Source: Podarcis melisellensis (lineage: Eukaryota). Taken from it: DNA of 64,000 bases. How positions within the stretch are numbered: position 1 is the stretch's first letter; each line of letters begins with the position of its first letter. Location of the stretch: assembly GCA_964234715.1 (NCBI GenBank), contig OZ174282.1. One strand, 5' to 3'. Made by a program: the position numbers and the translations under genes. This document shows positions 49,029 to 62,013 of the stretch, in pieces. The notes beneath the pieces are model-generated. The model made no database searches. It was not told the origin of the DNA and saw nothing but the letters and a program-made list of their open reading frames with translations.

Positions 49029-49488
49029 TGTTGTTGTTTAGTTGTTTAGTCATGTCCGACTCTTCGTGACCCCATGGATCAGAGCACGCCAGGCATTCCT
49101 GTCTTCCACTGCCTCCCGCAGTTTGGTCAAACTCATGTTGGTAGCTTCAAGAACACTGTCCAACCATCTCGTCCCCTTTCGTCCACTTCACCTTGTGCCC
49201 TCAATCTTTCCCAGCATCAGGGTCTTTTCCAGGGAGTCTTCTCTTCTCATGAGGTGGCCAAAGTATTGGAGCCTCAGCTTCAGGATCTGTCCTTCCAGTG
49301 AGCACTCAGGGTTGATTTCCTTAAGAATGGATACGTTTGATCTTCTTGCAGTCCATGGGACTCTCAAGAGTCTCCTCCAGCACCATAATTCAAAAGCATC
49401 AATTCTTCGGCGATCAGCCTTCTTGATGGTCCAGCTCTCACTTCCATACATCACTACTGGGAAAACCATAGCTTTAAGTATACGGACC
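49029..49488 (-). mobile_element. RTE-BovB LINE, 5'-truncated 3' end
   Basis: Minus-strand ORF KAMVFPVVMYGSESWTIKKADRRRIDAFELWCWRRLLRVPWTARRSN is the BovB ORF C-terminus; (ACA)n tail; TSD TTTGCAACAT at 49019-49028 and 49489-49498. Confidence 0.95.
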
Positions 49489-50687
49489 TTTGCAACATAG
49501 CCCACTGAATATAAATGTGGTGCCAACGGTGTAGGGGGACCAGACAGATTCATATATGAGTTGCCTCTCCCTCAAATGAGTTCTTTCTGACAGTGGGTCT
49601 CTGTGATCCTTCCCTAATACTGAAAATATAAGTGTGGATGCCAGGCAAGACTTGTTGAGGGGAGAGTACTACAACTGGGAAAGACCCTCTTGCTGGTTTG
49701 CCCCCTTCCTTGACTGGCACATGGACCTCCCACATGATGTGGGAACTATATGTGCTCAAGCCGCATACTGCTATACTGGTACACACCAACACTGAATTCT
49801 CAGAAGTGGAGCAGCAGGAGTCATAACTTAGTGGTATGCAGAAGGTCCTGGGTTCAGTCCCCAGCATCTCCAGGTCAGGTTGGGTGAGATCCCTGTCTGA
49901 AATCCTGGAGAGCCACTGCAGTGTTCTAACTCTGGATCAGGGAGTGTCCTGTGTTCCAGGAATGTACTTCAGGTGGATTTCTTCTGCCTCAGTCAATATT
50001 TGCACACCTGTCTCCCGCACCCTTTTTGACATGTGTGTTTTGGCTACTGTGGGACTCTCAGTAGAAGTTCCCCTGCAGCAGACAGAATTGCCTCGGAGAA
50101 ATGGATGGTGCAACATTCAGTTGGGATGATGTGACCTGAGGGAGTGGCTTTGCCTCTGAAGCTCACCTGCCTTTTCTTATCTGACCTGGTATTGTCCTCC
50201 TCCACTTTTTTTTCAAAAAAACAACTCAACATTTCCTCCTGAGATGGTTCCAAAGTTCATCTGCTTCACCTGGCAGGATTAATGGAGTTTGCTGAAACGC
50301 AGCTCTGATGTTTTTTCCCCTTTCCCTTTCAAGCTTTGTCTGGGGGTGTTGCAGGTGAGAGTGGAAACTCCCCGAGCAAGGAGCTCCCTAGTAACTCTAC
50401 AGTGCCACGTAATGTTTGTTCTGCATTTTCAAGGAATCGACCCATTAGTGTGGCACCAGAACTCCCTGCCCATTGTTATTAGGCTGTATTGTTTTCTGCA
50501 CCTACCAAACCCTTTCTAGCCTCCCCAGGCATGCATTTCTCTAACATGTACTTTGGTTACATATGTTTTAACTTTTCTGATTTTATTTGTATTTTGATTA
50601 TATTCTATGTTGGCTTGTTTTAAACATTTGATATGATTGGCATTTTGGACGGAATATGTTGCATTGTTTTATGTGAACCAGTAAAAG

Positions 50688-51025
50688 TAGGGGGAGCTTT
50701 TTCAGCCTGAGGGCCACATAGCCTTCTGAACAATGTCCTGAGGGCCATATGGTGGGTGGGGCCAGAGGCTAAAGTGGGAGGAGCAACTGATGCAAATTTT
50801 ACCTTTGTACAGTAGGCTGATTTCTACACACTGCCAGTCTCCCTCCTCCATCCAGCTAAGCAAGAGGCATGATCAGAGTTCAAAGCACATTCCAGCCAGG
50901 CAAAAACACCTAAGGAGAGGGTGAAGTAAGGCCAACTAGGGGTGTGGCCTGGGGAGTTCCAAGGGCCAGACGGAGCTGCCTAGAGGGCCACATCCAGCCC
51001 CTAAGCCTGATGTTCCCCACCCCTG
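50688..51025. mobile_element. Old hAT-Charlie-like non-autonomous element (partial copies at ~13872-14064 and ~45803-45905)
   Basis: Shared AGCAAGAGGCAT..TCAGAGT.CAA.G.CACA.TCC.GCCA segment and GTTCCCCACCCCTG terminus. Confidence 0.65.
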
Positions 51026-51467
51026 TGTTAGAGATTTTTTGACTGTTATATAAATAAATAACAAAAATAATGGGGAACTCAATCTGGCTTGTTCAGTGTG
51101 AGTGACTTAGCTCTGGGATAATATGTAGTGGCAGTGAAGAGGGGCAGATTTGTTTTGTCTTCAATACTTCGTAGTTTCATTGCTGTAACTTTTTTTCCAT
51201 GTTCTAAAAACAAAAGATGGATTCTTCAACATCATCATCATAAAATAAGTTCTTAACATAAAAATGGGCACCCTGTAATCCTATAACCACTTACCAGGGA
51301 GGAAACCCCATTGAATTCTATGTGACTTCCTTTTTTATTATTATTAAAGTGTCCTTCTTGCACCCCCATGGCTACCTGTGTGGGGTCCTTGGTCATGTGG
51401 TTCCACAGAAGGGATACCTGAAAACTATCAATGAGTCTGCAAGTCACTCAGAATTTGTCTTCTGCAG

Positions 51468-51524
51468 GTGCAGGAAGCTGGAATCCTGGAGCAGATATCC
51501 CCGGAAGAGCGCAAACGGCAGGAG
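51468..51524 (+). CDS. ARHGEF16: ARHGEF16 coding exon 4
   Basis: ctgcag|GTG...GAG|gtaagg; VQEAGILEQISPEERKRQE; 57 nt. Confidence 0.95.
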
Positions 51525-51577
51525 GTAAGGGAAGCCAGGAGGCTCAAACAAGGTTCCTGCTTGGCGTTAGAAGAGTA

Positions 51578-51865
51578 CTGTATTTTTTTCCTGTGTATAA
51601 GACACCCCCATGTATTTTGGGGGACTCCAAATTAATGGGGGGAGATTTTTTTTTTAGGGGAAATTGTCAAAATTCACTCACCTGCCTGACCTACGCTGCG
51701 ACTTGCACGCGACACAAAATGCCAAATAGCCACTAACTATCTCCGGCTCACGGCAGCAACCAATCACACATCCCCACAATGCACTATCTGTGTATAACAT
51801 GACCCCCCCATTTTTAATACATTTTTTAAGGAAGAAAAGCTCGTCTTATACATGGAAAAGTACAG
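51578..51865. mobile_element. Tc2/pogo-like MITE
   Basis: TA|CTGTATTTTTTTCCTGTGTATAAGAC...GTCTTATACATGGAAAAGTACAG|TA. Confidence 0.8.
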
Positions 51866-52039
51866 TATGTTGCGCAAAATGCTGTGGAAATTGGAGAAGT
51901 GGCATGGTTTTGAATGTCTTGTAAATTCTCCCCAAACAATGAGTTCCTTTCAAGCTGCTGTGTCTCTCTTTATTCCCTGCTTAAGATTGCTTCGCTTAAT
52001 AGTCTTATAGAGGGCTTCTCTTCTTTTCCCTTTCTCTTT

Positions 52040-52580
52040 TATTTGTTAGTCACTTTTCTCAAGGAGGGACCATAAGCAGCTGACATTAAAACCAATAAGA
52101 ACACGCTATGGAGATTTAAAAATACAAAACAGATCAGGACTTGCAGACCCCACCCCACTAGTGTCATGCAAAGAGAAGAGTCTTTGCTTAGCACCTGAAA
52201 ATTGACCAGAGATTGCTCCAGGTGTGCCTCCCTGGGTGGGAGGGAGAGGATTCCACAAGTGGAGGGGGCCACCACTGAAAAGTCCCAATCTTGTGTTGCC
52301 ACCCTCTGAACCTCCAGTAGAGGAGGGGCACTTGAGAAGAAGAGCCTCAGATTTATGATCACATGGTCTGGCTCAATTCAGGTGGCAGGAAGTAGTCCTT
52401 GAGGTCCTGAGCCACATCAGGTTTTATAGGTCAAAACTATGATTTTTGAATGGAGTCAGGAAACAAATGCAGTCATGCCAAAATTGGTGTTATGTGTTCT
52501 GACCATGCTGCCTAGTCAACAATTTGACTGCTGAATCGTGCGGTTTCCAAATCATCTTCAAAGGCAGCCTGATATAGAAT
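52040..52580 (-). mobile_element. Older L2 fragment
   Basis: Degenerate FSVVAP..LWN.LP motif on the minus strand; boundaries approximate. Confidence 0.6.
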
Positions 52581-52993
52581 GCATTGCCAGAACATAAACA
52601 ACAAATGTCAGATTGCTAAAGTGGGTTGCTGTATCTCTCATTCTGGAGATTGGAGCCCCAGACTTTTTTGCCCACAGTTCTATCCAGATGGCACCATTAA
52701 TGGTGCCAATGTTGGTGGCTGCAGACCAACATTTCACTTGCCAGCATCTGAAAATGCACCCCCGCCACATAGCTCAGTTGGAAGAGCATGAGACTCTTAA
52801 CCTCAGTGTTGTGGGTCTGACTTACACTTTGGGCAAAAGATTCCTGCATTGCAGGGGGTTGGACTAGATGACCCTGGGGGTCCCTTCCACCTCTACAGTT
52901 CCATGATCAGCTATGATCAACGATCAGCTTAAAAGGGCTGTCCACTCATGTTCACCTTTCTGTCTCTCCATCCTTTCCTTTTTTCCCCTGCAG

Positions 52994-53154
52994 GCGATCT
53001 TTGAGATCATTACCTCTGAGTATTCCTACATGCGCAGCCTGGAGATCCTGGTGAGCCACTTCATGAAGTCGGAGGCACTGAGGGACACCATGAATCAGAC
53101 GGATCACCACCACCTGTTCTCCAACATTGGGGATATCCTGGCTGCCAGCAAGAG
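52994..53154 (+). CDS. ARHGEF16: ARHGEF16 coding exon 5 (DH domain CR1)
   Basis: ctgcag|GCG...AAGAG|gtaaat; [53 protein letters not shown]; 161 nt. Confidence 0.97.
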
Positions 53155-53365
53155 GTAAATCTCAAGCCTCAGACCTTTTTTGACCTACCTGGCAAAGTGG
53201 TTGTGAGGATTCCTCCTGAGATCCTTGGACTGTTCACCTTTGGATCTGCTTAACTGTTCTGGGCACCACAATTTAAGGAGGATATTGACAAGCTGAAACA
53301 TGTGCAGAGGAGGCTGACCATGAAACTCAGTTTCTCAACCTCCCTCTTATTTATTGTACCTCTAG

Positions 53366-53518
53366 CTTTTTTGAGGACTTGGAGAAAAGGCATCAGGAGA
53401 ACGTCCTGATCCCAGACATCAGCGACATCGTAGAGACTCACGCAACTAATAATTTTAATCCATACGTCATCTATTGTTCGAATGAAGTCTACCAACAGAG
53501 GACCCTTCAGAAGCTGTT
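53366..53518 (+). CDS. ARHGEF16: ARHGEF16 coding exon 6 (DH domain)
   Basis: ctctag|C...CTGTT|gtaagt; FFEDLEKRHQENVLIPDISDIVETHATNNFNPYVIYCSNEVYQQRTLQKL; 153 nt. Confidence 0.97.
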
Positions 53519-54043
53519 GTAAGTGATTTCAGTCATCCTCCACCCCCAAACTTAAAAGATTATTTATAAGCTTTAGTGTATTAAAGTCCAACCTATGTGG
53601 GTTGGTGTAAAGACTTAGAATCGTGCCCCTGCTATGAACCCAAGTGGCCTTAGTCTTCAGTCTCCCCCATCTGCGATATGGGAATAATAACACAAACATG
53701 CCTGGCAGCTCTATAATTGTATGATTCTAAGAAAGTGCTACTGATTGCCAACTTAATCCTACTTGGATTAGCCCAGTGAAATTGATTACCCTAAGTTAGT
53801 CATGCCCATTGACTTCAATAGGCCTGCTCTGAGCAGGACTAATTTGGATTCAACCCTTAATCCAACCCTTAATCCAAGGTAGGTAGTAGATGAATTCATT
53901 GAAACTCCCAGTTTGATACTCTACTCTTTCTTGCAAAGGAGGTAACTTGGTGTGTGTGTATTCAGGTTATCCATTTAAAGTGTAAAAAACATGCATTGCA
54001 TTGGTCACAAGAAGCTAAAGTGGTGTTTTCTGTTCTGTTGCAG

Positions 54044-54173
54044 AACCACGAATCCTGCCTTTAAAGAGACCCTGAAACACATTGAGCAGAAACCAGAGTG
54101 TGGCAGCCTTCCCTTGATCTCTTTCCTTATCAACCCCATGCAGAGAGTTACTCGCCTGCCTCTTTTGATGGAT
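54044..54173 (+). CDS. ARHGEF16: ARHGEF16 coding exon 7 (DH domain CR3)
   Basis: ttgcag|A...GAT|gtaaga; [43 protein letters not shown]; 130 nt. Confidence 0.97.
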
Positions 54174-54968
54174 GTAAGAGCAAGCAGAGGGGCAAATGAA
54201 AATATATATGCCCATCTGTTGTTGTTTACCTGCCTGTCATCCCGGGGGCGGGGGGCGGGTTGCAGCATTAAAACACAATATTAATGTCTACCATTCATCA
54301 GGCTGAAAGCTGGGGTTCTTTCCTCTGACCTTCGAACCTCATTAACAGGCCATGCTGCTAGACCCTGGTGAGGAAGCTGCTTATGCTTCTCATTCATTCA
54401 TTCATTCATTCATACATACATACCTGACCCTTGGCCCCAGATTTACTGGGCCCCTCACTGATCTGCATGTTCTTTAAGATTGCTACATGTTCCCAAAGAG
54501 AAGACTGAATGATATACCTAAAATCCTGCAATTCTAATAGTAATGTTCTGTGTGTTCTGATCAGACCTATTCTGAAACACAGTCATCCTTCAAAATTTGC
54601 AGTTCTCTATCCAAGTAATATGTCCAGAAATTCATATGCTGGGATAAAGTATGCATCAGGATACATTTATTTATGAAAACAACATATAACAAAATACTTT
54701 TTGTTAGGCAAAAAATGCATTGCAAAAAAGTGTGTATTAGAGGAAGTAAGAAGGAATAATTCATGAGAATTATTTTTAAAATTGCACGTTGATGTAGAAC
54801 TGTGGCAAACTGGCCTCAAGATTTGAAAAAAACACACCAAGAAACTAAAATTGGCAGATATGCCCCTCCCTTAGCTGAGCGGACTGCCAAGAACAGGTTG
54901 CAGGTTGGGGCAGCCAATAGTTTTGGAAGGGAAAAAAAAAGTGGTGTGGATGTTCTGTTCCATTTCAG

Positions 54969-55043
54969 ACTGTCTGCCAGAAAACCCAGATGCATAGTAG
55001 AGCTTACGAAGCAGCGACTCAGGCTTTGAAGGCCATCAGTAAG
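54969..55043 (+). CDS. ARHGEF16: ARHGEF16 coding exon 8
   Basis: tttcag|ACT...AAG|gtaaga; TVCQKTQMHSRAYEAATQALKAISK; 75 nt. Confidence 0.94.
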
Positions 55044-55820
55044 GTAAGAGACTTTCTTCAGCTCTCTTTGTGTTATCACATTTTTTGAAGAATGAAACGG
55101 GCTTTTCTGCAGTTAGGAAAGTGATGGGAGGCAAATTGGTTGAGAATCGTGTGGTGGATAGATGGTTAATGGGAAGACATGTAAACACCTTACAAGCAAA
55201 TCAGGATGAATGTTTATTGCCGCATAACCCTCCTGAAAATGGGAACAAATGCTCCATAGAGCAAATTGGAATGGATGCTCAATAAGGACTGGACATAGTC
55301 TAACCTCCACATAAGCTTCCCACGAACATATGAGGATGAATGCTCCATAAACTGGTTGTTTGGGGGAGCCCCAGAATTGGTCGCTCAGTGTTTAATCTAA
55401 TGAAGGAAAAAACAAGGAGATGCTTTCTTGGACAGCTGGGGCTCTCTCGTGTGGTCTAGAGCCAATCAAAACAAATCAATAAATTCTGAGAGAAAATTTC
55501 ATATTGTCAAGGCCACAATAGTTTTCAAGAGGCGTCTGAAATTAGGGAGGGGCTTTTCCTGTCAAACCTCTAACAGGAGATTGCAGCAAGACACACTTTA
55601 GCAACCCATTCCTCTAATTCAATTAGAACCCCCCAAACAGACTTTGGACATGCCTGCTCTAATTCCACCATTTGCAAATGTAGCTAAAACTGAATTATAT
55701 ACATGTGCAAAAAGTGGAAGGATCAGCAGACTCTGGGGAATCCCAACTTTTCCAGATGTACCCAACCCATCCCCACCCCCCACCCCAAAAGGGAGGAGGG
55801 AAGCAGCCCAGTGAGGACTA

Positions 55821-56317
55821 CCGTATTTTTCGTTCTATAGGACGCACATTTTCCCCTCCAAAAATTAAGGGGAAATGCGTGTGCGTCCTATAGAGCGAAT
55901 GCAGGCTGCGCCGCTAAGCCCAAAGCCAGAACAGGAAGACGGAGCACTGCGCGCACAGCCTCTCCAGGGCAGCGGGGTGCTTTCACCCCGCTGTCCTGCA
56001 GAAGCTAGCAAGGCTGTTCCCAAGCCAGAACAGTGAGACGGAGGGCTCTGTCTTGCTGCTCTAGCTTGGGGACGGCTGCGCGCACAGCCTCTCCAGGGCA
56101 GCGGGGCGCTGCGCTCCAAAGGCTTCAGGGATCTTTGAGGCTGGCGGTGGGGGAAAGCAGCGCTTCCCCCCACCGCCAGCCCCACAAGCTCTGGTGAATG
56201 TACCTTGAACGCACCTTGTTTTAGAGAGGGAGAACAAGATTTTTTTTTCCTGTTCTCCCCCTCCTATGGTCCGGTGCGTCCTAAAGTCCGGTGCGTCCAA
56301 TGGAGCGAAAAATATGG
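55821..56317. mobile_element. Tc2/pogo-like MITE with internal direct repeats
   Basis: TA|CCGTATTTTTCGTTCTATAGGACGCAC...GTGCGTCCAATGGAGCGAAAAATATGG|TA; CTGCGCGCACAGCCTCTCCAGGGCAGCGGGG occurs twice. Confidence 0.88.
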
Positions 56318-56588
56318 TAAGCATGTTCAGTGAGCATGGAATGCTGACTGATAGACTGGAGGGGGGAGGCCCAGAAAACCAGATGGGATGGGAAATAGAA
56401 TGGAGCCAAAGGCATGGAATGGAGTGTCACCGAGGAGGGTTAGGACTGGCAGGCTGGAGAGGTGCACAGGAGCACCCCCGTGTTGCACCATTATTATTTT
56501 TCCTGCAGCTCCCACTTGTGCAGGAGATGACGATAGAGATGATGTTGCATTTACAAAAGTATTTTTCTGCCTCTCCTTTATGCTCCAG

Positions 56589-56681
56589 CTCGTGAAGAGG
56601 TGCAACGAGGGTGCCCACACCATGGAGAGAACCGAGCAGATGTACACGTTGCAGAAGCAGCTGGAGTTTGGAAAGATCAAG
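56589..56681 (+). CDS. ARHGEF16: ARHGEF16 coding exon 9 (DH end / linker)
   Basis: ctccag|CTC...AAG|gtgtga; [31 protein letters not shown]; 93 nt. Confidence 0.96.
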
Positions 56682-57156
56682 GTGTGAGATTTGGAAGGTG
56701 TCAATCTTTTTTCCCCAGCGCAGCTCTGCCCCTTAGGCTTGATGGCAAGTTGTGGCGTACTGGTTGGACTTAGGGGCCTGTGAATCCTCACTCAGCCTCC
56801 CTTGGTAACCTTGGGCCAACTGCTGTCCTTCTATACCTAACCTACCTCACAGGGTTGTTGTGTCTAACTCCCTTTTAAAAACATCCAAGTTGTTGGCCAT
56901 TGCTAGAACTTCACCTTTACACCCAGAGAGCCCACCTTGTTGCTAGGCCTTGTGTTCATCTGGGCCTTTTGTAGACAAAAGAAGGGGAGTATTTTGAGGA
57001 GGGGCTGTTTCTCAAGTTGGGAGCAGTCTGGGGGACAGTGCCATTTTGAATTTGCCCCTGGCTAACTCTGAATGTGTCTGGTTCCATGATGTACTTGTTA
57101 TAACCCTTTGGTTGAATTTGCTATATTGACCAATGTCATCCTGGGTCTTTCCCCAG

Positions 57157-57314
57157 AACTTCCCACTGATTTCTGCTTCCCGGTGGCTGCTGAAAAGGGG
57201 GGAACTCTCCATGCCTCTGGCGGAAGAAGGTGGAATTTTCCGGAAGGGCTCTGGACGTGGGAACTGCTATCTCTTTGTGTTCAACGATGTCCTGATCATC
57301 ACCAAGAAAAAGAG
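57157..57314 (+). CDS. ARHGEF16: ARHGEF16 coding exon 10 (PH domain)
   Basis: ccccag|AAC...AAGAG|gtgtgt; [52 protein letters not shown]; 158 nt. Confidence 0.96.
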
Positions 57315-59100
57315 GTGTGTGAGAGGCCATTTTTAGTGGAACAAACTTCACTTCGTGTAGGGGGGATTTTATTTTGTGCATTATTTATTCATTTATTACC
57401 TCACGAAGTCACTCACAATGCACTTCAACAACGCTCTGCTTCATTCATTTGGCAAACACCATCTCAGGCCCTGATGATGCCTCTTTTTAATTAATATTTA
57501 TAGCAAATTTAACACAGAAATAAAAAACAGAGGGGAAAATGGGAAATTAAAAAAACCCTCATCATCTCACGCTAAAAATACAATAGCCACTGACACATCC
57601 ATCTTAATTTAAAATATGCAAATCTGTATTAGCCATCCAAATATCCAGATAGCTGTCCACATGAACACATGATATTTTAAAGAAATATGTTTAAATGTAG
57701 CAAGTCCTCAAACCATTGCATTAATAGGCGCTGGGTGCTCATCCTTCCAGGACTGAAGTGATCATGCCAGGTGTGCTTTCCTGGGGAGAACATCCCACAA
57801 ACCCGGGAGCCACCACTAAAAAGGCCTGTTCTTACATTTCCACCCTCCACAGCTACCGGGCACATGAAAAAGGGCTGAACAGGGATTTGAACCCAAGTCA
57901 ACCTGGTTTAATTCTCTCTTAGTCTCACTCTTGATATCCTTCTGTGATACAAAAGAAAATTAGGTAGATTCCTTTAAGAGGGGTTGAGTCTATGGGTGCT
58001 TTTAAGGCCTGCTTCCCAGCAACCAAGGTAAAACCCAAGAAAAGTCTGTGTAGATTTCCTGCCTAATGTGTGAGGGCTTCTGGTTAATGCCTAGAGGCAT
58101 CAGCAGTAGGAAAAAACCCTGACGGAAAGAGGCTTTGCAGACTACCTTGAGGGCTGCTCAGAACTGCAGATGGAAAAAACCCATCAATCGCGTCACAAAG
58201 GTCTGCTGGATGGAGGGAAATGGCTGCTTCTTCAGAGGAGTGTGTTCTGGTGTCAGTGGGATGCATCTTACTCTTTTCTCTCCCCCCCCCCCCACGCAAC
58301 ATTGGGTTTTGGTGCTCTTTAGACACAAAGGTGGAGATCCTGTGGCCCTTTCATTATGGGAAGCCTGCAAGCACAATGTGGTGTGTGTGTGTGTGTGGTC
58401 ATGAGATGCCCATGACAAGTTACCTCAGATTTGCAAATGTGCCCATGGACCCAAAGATTACCAATCTCCTATTATAACCATTGCCCCTTCAGTGGGTTAA
58501 CATTTGATGTTTTGAAGTTTCGGGATGTTTTCAGTCACTTGGGGTCGGGTGGCGAGGATGTTTCTGGCCAGGCGCTGGTGTGCAGAAACACTTGAGAACC
58601 GTCTTTTGCGATAAGGAGGGAGCTGAGAAATTCCTTGTGGAATGTGAAGTCATTAGACGCTGTGCATTGGTTTTTTGTTTCGTTTTTTCTCTTTGCAAGA
58701 TTGCGGGACTGTGGCCCTGTCCCTACATTCCTTCTCTGAGATGCGCCGTCCTGGCCAAGACTCTATTTCACTAGTTTTTTCCTTCCCTCATTCTTTTTTT
58801 ATGTCCTGGGGGGGGGAATCTCCCCCCACCCTGCTTGGAATGCCTCTTGCCTGCTCGCTGTGGAATGGTGAGCGGCTGATTTATGTGGGAAGTGCCTGCC
58901 GAGGGAGATGTGGTTTGTGGCCTGCCCATTCCCAAATGATTCTTTAATGGGAATTTTGGCACAAAGAGGAGCCAGGCTTCTGTCTGTTATGGAAAAACTC
59001 TTCCTCTCTCACACATCAGGCTTCAGTCACTCTCTCTGGAATTGGCTGCGGAATGCCAGAACGACTGATTTTTCATTTCATTTTATAAATCATTCTATAG

Positions 59101-59239
59101 CAGGGCTGTGAGGCCTACAATCTTCCAGATGTTGCTGGACTCCAACTCCCATCACCCCTGACCATTGATTGTGCTGGCTGGGGCTGATGGGAGTTGGAGT
59201 CCATCCACGCTTGGAGGTCCCACACGTTCCCCAGTCCTG
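59101..59239. mobile_element. Palindromic hAT-like MITE; representative of an old family also at ~9005-9118, 15270-15518, 20140-20260, 48130-48250, 60075-60200, 60965-61090, 62692-62832
   Basis: CAGGG...CCTG ends, internal inverted ACTCCAACTCCCATCA / TGATGGGAGTTGGAGT; degenerate 8-bp flanks TTCTATAG/TCCTACAG. Confidence 0.75.
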
Positions 59240-59735
59240 TCCTACAGCAAGCAAAGAACCTTGAATGAAGAATTTCCCTAAGGAAGGACCATCTTGCTCT
59301 TCAATGTGAATCCTGCAAGACCAGCTCCCTTCCTTGCTGGCCTCTTTCTGCCTGCTTGGGGGGGGGGCAGGGGCACTGACTGACTGACTGACTCCAGCTA
59401 CAAAAGTTGAGGCTGGAGAAGAGGCCAATGCCATCTTGGTTGAGAGTCCTTCACAACCTGCTGCTTGGGATGCTTACAGACTCTTGATGTGGGGTATTGA
59501 TTAGGGGCGCTCTTTGGGGTCAAGATTTAATTTTGGAGTTGCTAATTTTTATGTTCTTTGTGATTCCTTTTAGTATATTTGTAGATCTTATGACTTGTGT
59601 GGGGATTGTTTAACTTTGTGGTGCACATTTTGATATGTTTTTATTTATTGCTCGCAACTGCTTTTGTTATATTGTTGTAATCCTGTAAATCTTTCCAAGT
59701 TGTAAGCCGCCTTGAGAATAGAATAATGTTATGGT

Positions 59736-59950
59736 ATAATAATAATTTTATTATTTATACCCTGCCCCTCTGGCTGGGTTGCCCCAGCCACTCTGGGCAG
59801 CTCCCAACAGAATATTAAAAATATGATAAAACATCAAACATTAAAAACTTCCCGATGCAGGGCTGCCTTCAGATGTTTTCTAAAAGTTGTGTAGTTCTTT
59901 ATCTCCTTGACATCTGATGGGAGGGTGTTCCACAGGGAGGGTGCAACAGC
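59736..59950 (-). mobile_element. L2 LINE 3' end
   Basis: Minus ORF VAPSLWNTLPSDVKEIKNYTTFRKHLKAALHREVFNV; same family as 2951-3385. Confidence 0.87.
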
Positions 59951-60363
59951 CAAGGCAGAATACAAACAAATGATGATGATTAGAAGGGAACTTTGGAGGG
60001 AACTGTGGGATATTTTAGAATGCTTTGTCCCAAGCTGTCGAAAACAACACAGCCAGTAGATTAATCCATTTATGGCCTTCCCCGGCCTCATGCTTTCCAG
60101 AATATGCTGGACTCCAAATCCCATCAGCCCCACCCAGCATGCCCAGATGTTGGGGGATTATGGGAGTTGTGGTCCAGCAACACCTGGAGGTTCTACTGCC
60201 ACCATTATAGAAGGAAGTTAATGATCACAGTTGAGGACACTTTCATTGTTTGCAAACCATTTTGTAGCAAGTAAAACGTTAGTGCAATTCCGCTGTACAC
60301 AATTCTTCCTGGCTCTTGTCTCGTGCCTGGTCCCTTTCACCGGCTCTCTTGTATTTCTTGCAG

Positions 60364-60564
60364 CGAGGAGAGCTACATGGTTCTCAACTACGCCATGCTT
60401 GACCAGCTTTCGGTGGACAAAATTGAAAACCCGGATGCTCCCTCTTCTCCCCCCGGCAAGCCGGGTTCGAGTGGTGCCTTCCGCTTTGGCCACTTGTTCC
60501 GTGTGACCATGAACAAGGACAGCGAAGGCAAGCGGGAGGCGATAGTGCTGGCTGCGGAATCCCT
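60364..60564 (+). CDS. ARHGEF16: ARHGEF16 coding exon 11 (PH domain)
   Basis: ttgcag|C...TCCCT|gtgagt; EESYMVLNYAMLDQLSVDKIENPDAPSSPPGKPGSSGAFRFGHLFRVTMNKDSEGKREAIVLAAES; 201 nt. Confidence 0.95.
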
Positions 60565-62013
60565 GTGAGTATTGGTTTGATTGGTGCAGAGGGTTGGCGT
60601 CACTGGATACCTTCCGGGGCAGTTGTGCCCAGTGGGTAGAGGGCATGTGATCAAGCAGAGGTGAAGGGATGGGTGGGCACTGGAGAGATTTCTGTGCTTG
60701 CTGTTGGGGGGGGGGTGGCTGTTTGTACCTGACTTTCCCTACCCTTCAGTCCTCGGTGCCTTCATGGGATGAAGCCTTGTGTCCATCCAGTTCACTATCA
60801 TCAACACGGACTGGCAGTTGTTCTCCAGGGTTTTGGACGGAGGACATTCTCAGCCCCTACCTGCAGTCATTGAGGATTGAACCTCAGACCTTCTGCACGC
60901 AAAGCAGATTCTCCACCACCAATTCAGCCAGTCTTTGCAGGAATTGTGTAACTAAAAGCTAGTGCAGGGGTGGAGAAGTTGTTGGATGTTGTTGGACTAC
61001 AAGTCCCATCGTTCCCTGCCAGCATGACCAATGGCCAGGCAGTATGGGCATTGTCCAACAACATCTGGGGGACACAGGTTCCTCATTCCTTGCTTTCTTC
61101 CTCTTCACTTCCATCCCTCATTCCTCTATATTTGTCTAAGCCTGAAGGTAGCTGGGTTTAGATTTGCAAGGCACCTTGGGAACCTATTCCCAGTGGGATA
61201 AAATGCATTAAATATATAGGATTGTAGCCAACCTTAGTCCTACTAATGATGTTTTACTGCGCTTGATGTTTTAATCTGTTGGAAGCCACCCAGAGTAGCT
61301 CAGGCAAACCAGTCAGAAAGGCTACAAACAAACAAATATTCAGAATAGACCCACTGAAATGAATGACCATGCCTAACTTGGGTCCGTTGCTTTTGGTGGG
61401 TCTGCTTTGAGTAGGACTAACACAGAATACAGTCCATAATGCTTATGTTGTTACATGCTACCCCAGTCTCTGAGGAGTGAGAGATACCAGGGGTCCTAAG
61501 GGCTTTTTCCAGGGTTCAGTTTCCTTGGAATGAAGGTCACTGGAGATGGTGATGTCTTTAGAATATATTGTTTTATTTGCACATCTATACAACCTGAGCA
61601 TAGGATGGAAGGGCTCACAGCATTAACTTCCCAACAGATCTTGCTTCTCCATGAGGTTTCCTTTGGGAAGCCACAAAGCATGGAGCATGTAAGTCTCTGT
61701 GTCTTCAGCTTCCAGACTGCTTTATGTTCCTTTCACCACAACTCTGGCCTATAGTTCTCCAATGTGGCAGCCCACCCATTTTCCTCTATGGTAAAATAGC
61801 AACTTATTTTGTCACGCTAAATCACGGTACTTAACAGCCAAAGCCCATTGACTTGATGAAGGAACTGGTTTGGCAAGCTTGCTCTTCTGCATTTTACCCC
61901 GACAGATACAGGTTCTCAAGAATTGGAAGGGACTTTGGGGTATCATCCAGACTCCCCAATCTCATAACAATCTATTTGCTTTGTAAGTGCTCTGAATTAT
62001 GTGCTTTTGGCAG

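Noticed and set aside
59101-59239. MITE hairpins as possible miRNA genes
   Set aside because: Fold-back is intrinsic to these multi-copy elements and no known mature miRNA sequence was recognised
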